A stretch of DNA of 64,000 nt. Origin: Bacteroidota bacterium. GTDB taxonomy: Bacteria > Bacteroidota > Bacteroidia > UKL13-3. The stretch lies in NCBI GenBank assembly GCA_040387195.1, contig JAZKEF010000002.1, positions 64,607 through 128,606 on the forward strand. The letters are read 5' to 3'. Positions within the stretch are counted from its first letter, which is position 1. Every line of letters begins with the position of its first letter. Positions 57,852 to 64,000 of the stretch are shown here, piece by piece. The notes beneath the pieces are model-generated. The model searched no databases. It was not told the origin of the DNA and saw only the letters and a program-made list of their open reading frames with translations. A program made the translations under genes and the position numbers.

Positions 57852-58418
57852 TTATCCCAGCCTCCGTTCCAATATCTGCTGTACCTGATTAAACACCTGC
57901 ATGGGACTATGCTTCCGCCAAACCATATTATCCAGATCGCCTCCGAAATTGATGTAATAATCAAGATTACCGTCCCTGAACTCCTGCAATACGTGCTCCT
58001 GAAAATTCAAGGCAGCAATCCACCCATCTTCAACATCCTGAAACCACTCTTCATAATAACTGTCATCACTGGTGTGGAAGTTCAGTACATTCTCTCCAAT
58101 AAGGATAAACTTATTGATTCCATTCTCCTCGAGCACTTCAATCACGTCACGTTTTAAATACATGATATCATTGGTTACGGCATCATTCCACTCGCCAATC
58201 ATCTCAATAATTGCATACCCGTCAGTATAATCGGCAAATAGTATTTTTATGTACAGGGTTGGCGATCCAAATTCATCCCATTGCGGATGCAGCAGGTAAT
58301 TGTAAACCTGATTGGTATATTCAAACTCGCTGTACTCCCGCTCATAGAAAGGTGAAAGGTGATCATCCTCTGAACGGTAAAGGTCCCTCCATCTGAAATG
58401 TGGCTCCAAATCTTGCAT
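57852..58418 (-). CDS. Conserved hypothetical acidic protein, possible STAS-like domain
   Basis: EPHFRWR, HPQWDEFGSPTLY, IIEMIGEWND, KFILIGENVLNFH. Confidence 0.75.
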   Translation of the reverse strand: MQDLEPHFRWRDLYRSEDDHLSPFYEREYSEFEYTNQVYNYLLHPQWDEFGSPTLYIKILFADYTDGYAIIEMIGEWNDAVTNDIMYLKRDVIEVLEENGINKFILIGENVLNFHTSDDSYYEEWFQDVEDGWIAALNFQEHVLQEFRDGNLDYYINFGGDLDNMVWRKHSPMQVFNQVQQILERRLG

Positions 58419-58557
58419 GTGGCTCAAAATTATGAGTATTTACAGGCATTCCCTTACGATTTAAGATTAATTTTTTTGGACTTTGCAACTTGCCGTAAAA
58501 GTGTATTTTTGCCCTGCTTTTAACGATTGACTAACAATTTAATAATTATAACACGAC

Positions 58558-59811
58558 ATGTCGTATTTGTTCACATCAGAGTCCGTAAGCGAAGGACACC
58601 CAGACAAAGTAGCCGATCAGATTTCGGATGCTCTTATTGACAATTTTTTAGCATTTGATCCTGAATCAAAAGTTGCTTGCGAAACCCTTGTTACCACAGG
58701 ACAGGTAATATTGGCCGGAGAGGTAAAATCAAAAGCGTACCTTGATGTACAAACCATTGCACGTGATGTAATCAAAAAAATTGGTTACACTAAAAGTGAA
58801 TACATGTTCGAGGCAAACTCATGCGGTGTGCTTTCTGCAATTCACGAACAATCGGCTGATATTAACCAAGGTGTTGACCGTAAGAAAAAACAAGATCAAG
58901 GTGCCGGTGACCAAGGAATGATGTTTGGTTACGCAACCAACGAAACAGATAACCATATGCCTTTGGCTTTGGATCTGGCTCATGGTATTTTGCTTGAACT
59001 TGCTGCATTACGTAGAGAAAATAAAGCCATTAAGTATTTACGTCCGGATGCAAAGTCGCAGGTTACATTGGAATACAATGACAAAAACCAACCGGTTCGT
59101 ATTGATTCAATCGTAGTTTCTACGCAACATGACGACTTTGATACCGAAGCGAAAATGTTGGCCAAAATCAAAAAGGATATTATTGAGATTTTGATTCCGC
59201 GTGTTAAAGTTAAGTATAAAAAATATGCGAAGTTATTCAACAACGATATCTACTACCACATTAACCCAACAGGGAAGTTTGTAATTGGTGGTCCGCATGG
59301 TGATACCGGTTTAACAGGTCGTAAAATCATTGTTGATACATACGGAGGAAAAGGTGCACACGGAGGAGGAGCTTTCTCAGGAAAAGATCCGAGTAAAGTA
59401 GACAGAAGCGCTGCTTATGCTACCCGTCACATTGCGAAAAATCTTGTTGCTGCAGGTTTGTGTTCTGAAGTGTTGGTGCAGGTTTCCTATGCAATTGGTG
59501 TGAAAGAGCCAATGGGTATTTACATTAACACTTATGGTACTGCCAAGGTGAAAATGACAGATGGTGAAATCGCTAAGAAAGTAGAGAAAATTTTTGACAT
59601 GACTCCTTACGGTATCGAAACACGTTTGAAACTGCGTAACCCGATCTATAGCGAAACAGCTGCATATGGTCATATGGGCCGCAAAAACGAAATCGTAACC
59701 AAAGTGTTTACTTCACCTGATGGTAAAAAATTGACCAAAAAAGTTGAGTTGTTTACCTGGGAAAAATTAGACTATACAGATAAAGTGAAAAAAGCATTCG
59801 GATTGAAATAA
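58558..59811 (+). CDS. metK: S-adenosylmethionine synthetase
   Basis: [28 protein letters not shown]. Confidence 0.99.
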   Translation: MSYLFTSESVSEGHPDKVADQISDALIDNFLAFDPESKVACETLVTTGQVILAGEVKSKAYLDVQTIARDVIKKIGYTKSEYMFEANSCGVLSAIHEQSADINQGVDRKKKQDQGAGDQGMMFGYATNETDNHMPLALDLAHGILLELAALRRENKAIKYLRPDAKSQVTLEYNDKNQPVRIDSIVVSTQHDDFDTEAKMLAKIKKDIIEILIPRVKVKYKKYAKLFNNDIYYHINPTGKFVIGGPHGDTGLTGRKIIVDTYGGKGAHGGGAFSGKDPSKVDRSAAYATRHIAKNLVAAGLCSEVLVQVSYAIGVKEPMGIYINTYGTAKVKMTDGEIAKKVEKIFDMTPYGIETRLKLRNPIYSETAAYGHMGRKNEIVTKVFTSPDGKKLTKKVELFTWEKLDYTDKVKKAFGLK

Positions 59812-59830
59812 TCGTTGCTTTGTTATCCAA

Positions 59831-59870
59831 CAAAAAGCCCCGGATGAAAAGAATCATCCGGGGCTTTTTG
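59831..59870. terminator. Bidirectional intrinsic terminator
   Basis: caaaaagccccggatga-N6-tcatccggggctttttg perfect stem. Confidence 0.92.
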
Positions 59871-59892
59871 TATTATTTAATTCTAAGAAGAC

Positions 59893-61260
59893 TTACTTCT
59901 TTATAAACGATTTTACAGTATAATCTCCAGTTACAAGTTCAACCTTCACATAATAAATCCCTTCGGCCAATGTCTCAACATTTAACTCGTTTGTATTTGC
60001 TGTGAGCACTTGCTTACCGATACTGTTGTATACCGATAGTTTAGTAATATCTATTTCGGAAGATACTTTGATGATACCGCCATTTGCTGGATTAGGATAT
60101 ACTACAACGTTCTCCAGTAATGCATTCAACTCCGATACTCCTGCAACAAATTCCGATTTTCCCTGAACATAAACTGATAACGGAAAATTGCCATCTGCGC
60201 CCTGAAATAAGGCACTTGGTACTTCAATTTTAAATGTATGTGCACCGGCATCTAACGTTCCCAAATAAATAATGCGTGTTGGAATGTAAGCACCCGGACA
60301 CCAGTTGCTGAATGATTGCCACTGCTCATCGGTTCTGGGTGATGGGCCATAGATCCCGTTTGCCTGCGTATTATATTTACGATAAGGCTCACAGGTTTCA
60401 AAACCAGGCAGGTAATCCAACACGGAAACACCATCGGCATACACAGAATGAACCCGTCTGTTATATTCTTCCCCGTTAGTACCTGCTCCGTGATTGGAGG
60501 TAATCAGGTATACTTTGGTGTGGTATGTTTTTACAGGCAATGTATACGAAATCGTTTTAACCGTTTCCCCAAGAACATCCGTTGCTTTAGCCTGATAGTT
60601 GTTAAAGTCCAATTGATTTCCCAGTGCCACCAACACATTATTGCTTTGAACAGCGGCTGAAGTTGTTGATGTAAAATCAACGGACCCAAAAAACACATCT
60701 GCTCTCCCTGCACAACCTGTAATTTGTGTATGCGCAGCGTAAGGCACACCAAACACATCCAACTCACACCAAACATCAAAGCTATCGGTTACCTTTTTTT
60801 CGTTGAGTATGGCTGCAATATTGTTAATCTCATATACATATGGAACTGTATCCGGTTTTTTATTCTTGTTCATAAAAGGCGTAATGAAACGGGCAATTTC
60901 TATGCGTCTTGTACTATCCGGATTGTATGTGGTTTGTCCTTTGGGAACAAATGCCAGGCTCACATGTCCGCCTCTGTCGTAATTATCACACGATGCTTTT
61001 ATCAATACTTTCATTGCTAAATCGGTACCCACGGATGCAAGCTGGGCGGGAGTAAATTTTTTGGTAACCAACGAGGTTCTTAATCTTACTACACCTGCAC
61101 TGGGAGGCAATGAATCATTGTATTTTGCCAATTGCCCGTTTGCATAACCATCAATAAACAATTCGTTATCGAAAACCTTGAAGGTGGTTTGTGCCGTAAG
61201 CTGAAAGCCAACCATTAAACAGGCAAGGCTTACTAAAAATGTTCTGTTACGTTTCATCAA
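59893..61260 (-). CDS. Peptide-N-glycosidase F-related protein with T9SS type A sorting domain
   Basis: CDNYDR, EIARFITPF, SNHG...GEEY, NWCPG; CTD VYPNPANG...GIYYV...SFIKK. Confidence 0.85.
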   Translation of the reverse strand: MMKRNRTFLVSLACLMVGFQLTAQTTFKVFDNELFIDGYANGQLAKYNDSLPPSAGVVRLRTSLVTKKFTPAQLASVGTDLAMKVLIKASCDNYDRGGHVSLAFVPKGQTTYNPDSTRRIEIARFITPFMNKNKKPDTVPYVYEINNIAAILNEKKVTDSFDVWCELDVFGVPYAAHTQITGCAGRADVFFGSVDFTSTTSAAVQSNNVLVALGNQLDFNNYQAKATDVLGETVKTISYTLPVKTYHTKVYLITSNHGAGTNGEEYNRRVHSVYADGVSVLDYLPGFETCEPYRKYNTQANGIYGPSPRTDEQWQSFSNWCPGAYIPTRIIYLGTLDAGAHTFKIEVPSALFQGADGNFPLSVYVQGKSEFVAGVSELNALLENVVVYPNPANGGIIKVSSEIDITKLSVYNSIGKQVLTANTNELNVETLAEGIYYVKVELVTGDYTVKSFIKK

Positions 61261-61343
61261 ATTTTGAATTTATGGGTCGAAGATATTCAAAATACGATGG
61301 CAGAAAATGACACAAAGATGTAGGTTATCCAAATGGTGGTAAT

Positions 61344-61369
61344 AAAAAACCATCCCTGAAGGACGGCTT
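61344..61369 (-). terminator. Intrinsic terminator
   Basis: Minus strand aagccgtcc-ttcag-ggatggtt then T tract. Confidence 0.7.
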
Positions 61370-61404
61370 CTTATTTATTTTTTATTGTCTTTTATCAGAA
61401 TGTC

Positions 61405-62898
61405 TTAAAATCCAATAAGCGTTATTCCTGCCGAAAACAATCTTACATCAGGTGATTTTGAAGAGTTGAAGTAGGGGGTAAGAGAATAATTGGCAAAGAA
61501 CTTAATTCTGTCGTAACCCATTCTCACAGTACCGTCAACCCTGAATGCGTTGATATTAAAGTCATCATCCATTTCAACCCTGTTATCATACCCACCGGAA
61601 GAGGTTTCGGTAACCACAGTTGAGGTAACTACATAATGAATGATTGCACCGGCTGCGATATGAAACCCTCCTTTTGCTTTTTTATGTGATCCCGGAGCAA
61701 ATTTTATAAGTAGGGGAGCAGTGATGTCAAATGTATAAAGCTTGTTGAGGCTCAGGTTTGTTCCGGCTGCAGGAGAAGTTGCCGTTAAGCTATCAGCATT
61801 CGGAGTCAAATAATCATTTCCGTCCAAATGAATATTGTTCCACACAATTCCTAAACCGGTTGTAAGCGCCAGTTTATTCTTAATAATATGTGCATCCAAA
61901 TCGGGAGTATTGAGTGCAAAAAACCACGATTTCCCAATACTGGATTCCAAAAACTTATGAGAAACTGGCATATTGAAATTTATGGATGGTGTTGCAAACC
62001 CTTGAACTCCAAGCTCAAACCCTCCCCATACCGATTTCATTTTGCGCTGGCGATCTTTCTTCCCTTCTTCTCCATGTGCCTTCTCTTTGTGCTTATCTTC
62101 AATAATCATCAGCTTACGTTTACCAATTTTCACACGAGTTGTATCTCCGTCATTGTGCAGTTCTTTCTCAATTTCTTCCGTAATCTCTTCCCTAATTCCT
62201 CCTGCAATACCATTATAATCCTCACCCTCTTTTGCTCCTTTGATGCTCGCTAAACCATCTATTGAAAAGTTCCTGTTTTGAGGGTCGCCTTTAAATCGAA
62301 TAGAACTTGCACCGTCTGCCTTGGCATTTAAAGTTTGTAGTGCCTGAACCCTAGCCTTGGCTGCCCCGTCAGCCTCAATGGTGAGTTGCTGACAAACAAG
62401 TTCCTCTCCTTTAATATTGGCCGCACCATCTATTCTCATTGATGCGGTTGCTGTGGTTCCGGATATATACAATACTGAGGCACCATCTGCATCAAGTATT
62501 AAATTTGTTGCATTCACTACCAGCTTTGCTTTTCCCCTGCCATCCACTTTAACGGTTAAATTAGACGTTTTTATCGTATCCAGTGATTCCAATGCTGCAG
62601 CGTCATTCACCCTGATTGATTCTATGTTTTTGGCAAACAATTTTATCTTCCGTCCCATTGAATGATCATGACTCAAAATGATGGTTTGATTGTTTACCTT
62701 AACCGGGAACTCGGCTGATGGACCATCTTCGATATATATCGAGTAACGGTCGGCTATCACCAGCTCAACCTGTACATCATCATTCACCATAATTTTATTA
62801 AACTCAGGTAAAGGCTGACTGTTTTGGCCTGAAGCCGATTTGATAATAACAATCGGAGCTCCTAACAACACAATTAATTTTACAACTATTGATTTCAT
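61405..62898 (-). CDS. DUF2807 (GIN) beta-helix domain fused to outer-membrane beta-barrel
   Basis: FNKIMV..., about 19-aa repeats (ADGAS/IDGAA/ADGAA), FKGDP; C-terminal beta-strands ending GITLIGF. Confidence 0.72.
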   Translation of the reverse strand: MKSIVVKLIVLLGAPIVIIKSASGQNSQPLPEFNKIMVNDDVQVELVIADRYSIYIEDGPSAEFPVKVNNQTIILSHDHSMGRKIKLFAKNIESIRVNDAAALESLDTIKTSNLTVKVDGRGKAKLVVNATNLILDADGASVLYISGTTATASMRIDGAANIKGEELVCQQLTIEADGAAKARVQALQTLNAKADGASSIRFKGDPQNRNFSIDGLASIKGAKEGEDYNGIAGGIREEITEEIEKELHNDGDTTRVKIGKRKLMIIEDKHKEKAHGEEGKKDRQRKMKSVWGGFELGVQGFATPSINFNMPVSHKFLESSIGKSWFFALNTPDLDAHIIKNKLALTTGLGIVWNNIHLDGNDYLTPNADSLTATSPAAGTNLSLNKLYTFDITAPLLIKFAPGSHKKAKGGFHIAAGAIIHYVVTSTVVTETSSGGYDNRVEMDDDFNINAFRVDGTVRMGYDRIKFFANYSLTPYFNSSKSPDVRLFSAGITLIGF

Positions 62899-62919
62899 AA
62901 TTTATGTATTTTAAACTTA

Positions 62920-62946
62920 GTACGAACAAGCAAATGAAAAGTTACA
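62920..62946 (-). promoter_or_regulatory. ECF-sigma-type promoter
   Basis: TGTAAC-N16-CGTAC upstream of the DUF2807 gene, downstream of an ECF/anti-sigma pair. Confidence 0.65.
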
Positions 62947-62961
62947 TGTACTTGTTCCTTT

Positions 62962-63963
62962 TTATTTTGATTTAGACCATTCAAATTTCAATCCTCTTAT
63001 CTTAAACCGGTTGATTTTCCCGCTGGTCGAGTCTTTCTCAAGGCTCACTCCTGCGGCCCTGTTAACGGCTTCAAATAGGGTATATGTTTTTATTCCAAGT
63101 TGCTGGGCTCCACTATTAATACCCATTGCTGCCAGCGTTCTGAGATTGGTGAAGCCATCTTCTGTCTTATTGGCTAACTGTGGTTGAGCATATGATAACA
63201 ATGCTGACACATCGTTGAGCTCTTCCTCAATCATCGGTTGTTGAGCTGTTACCTGAAGTAACCTCCTTTCCTGTATTGGTACAAACTCCGTATGATTCAG
63301 TTCTATGCTGTTTGGAGTAAATCCTTCCACTTCCAAAACATTCGGTATATGTTTTACGATATCACTGGATGATTGTTTTGTTTGAAGGTTTTCACCGACT
63401 CCTGTTTTTGAGGGTTGTGGTTTTTGAGACAATGAAACTGTTGGTTGTTCATGGTTGTTTATGGCAATTTTTGTACCCAAAAGATACCATCCGACAGTAA
63501 GGGTGAGCAGCAAAACGGCGGCAACCCGCATAACTGTATTTCTATGCACAATCCAAATACTTCCCCTTTTCAGTGATTGTTTATCCTTGCATACGATGGA
63601 ATAGTCAGGTTGTAAAATGGTTTGCGCAAACAATTCCTGTTCTTTTATCAACTCAGGATACAACTGCATTCCTCTTGCGAGTGTTGCTGCTCCTTCTTTA
63701 TGTAAAGATCCTTCAAGCTTGTCAATTAACAACGGTTCGTATTCTGTTTTGATCTGTTCAAACTCCTTTTGTTTAAGATGTGTAAACAACTGAGGGGCTT
63801 CCGGCAAACCCGAAATACTGATTGCCGCAACACCTTCAAATTCGGTTTTGATATCCGGATGTTGTTCCAGAAACAATAATACCTCCGACACCTGTATAGC
63901 ATCCAGTTTGCCATCCAGGTAATCCATCAGGAATAATTCATAATTGTTTCTGTCAATGTTCAT
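62962..63963 (-). CDS. Membrane-anchored anti-sigma factor-like protein
   Basis: NYELFLMDYLDGKL...HPD N-terminus, TM RVAAVLLLTLTVGWYLL; ATGA overlap with upstream ORF. Confidence 0.7.
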   Translation of the reverse strand: MNIDRNNYELFLMDYLDGKLDAIQVSEVLLFLEQHPDIKTEFEGVAAISISGLPEAPQLFTHLKQKEFEQIKTEYEPLLIDKLEGSLHKEGAATLARGMQLYPELIKEQELFAQTILQPDYSIVCKDKQSLKRGSIWIVHRNTVMRVAAVLLLTLTVGWYLLGTKIAINNHEQPTVSLSQKPQPSKTGVGENLQTKQSSSDIVKHIPNVLEVEGFTPNSIELNHTEFVPIQERRLLQVTAQQPMIEEELNDVSALLSYAQPQLANKTEDGFTNLRTLAAMGINSGAQQLGIKTYTLFEAVNRAAGVSLEKDSTSGKINRFKIRGLKFEWSKSK

Positions 63964-64000
63964 ATTACGCTATCTAAACTTCCGATATACTCTTTTAAAA
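63960..64000 (-). CDS. C-terminal end of probable ECF RNA polymerase sigma factor (truncated by window)
   Basis: LKEYIGSLDSVI* coupled by ATGA to anti-sigma-like gene; identity inferred from context. Confidence 0.45.
   Translation of the reverse strand, partial: LKEYIGSLDSVI

Noticed and set aside
58428-58557. SAM riboswitch upstream of metK
   Set aside because: The promoter motif TATTTTTG at 58504 leaves only about 40 nt of AT-rich leader, with no recognisable aptamer.

Overview
Bacteroidota chromosomal segment. Supporting evidence: the T9SS translocon sprA next to ruvA, TAnnTTTG promoter motifs, class I FbaB and several T9SS C-terminal-domain cargo proteins. It is mostly housekeeping: murQ end, trmB, menE, bshA, mutL, rplM-rpsI-rpsB-tsf, pyrH, frr, ruvA, sprA, accD, fbaB, idi, uvrA and metK. 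It also carries a TPR two-component system, two convergent GT-C-like membrane proteins, a GH3/serine-hydrolase fusion, an amidohydrolase pair and the end of an ECF sigma/anti-sigma operon. The most unusual locus (45401-46025) is a tRNA(CAT)-anchored tandem arrangement with no integrase: tRNA, frameshifted GIY-YIG nuclease, a duplicated tRNA 3' half whose anticodon loop is replaced by an 18-bp palindrome, then a second GIY-YIG relic. Other highlights are a catalytically dead Fic-wHTH protein alongside an intact, probably autoregulated XRE-Fic gene, a hypothetical protein that aligns by eye with STAS anti-anti-sigma factors, a T9SS-secreted Kazal micro-protein, a 78-bp MITE-like inverted repeat and dispersed 7-8-mer tandem repeats. 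All calls come from reading the sequence by eye; no database search was run.
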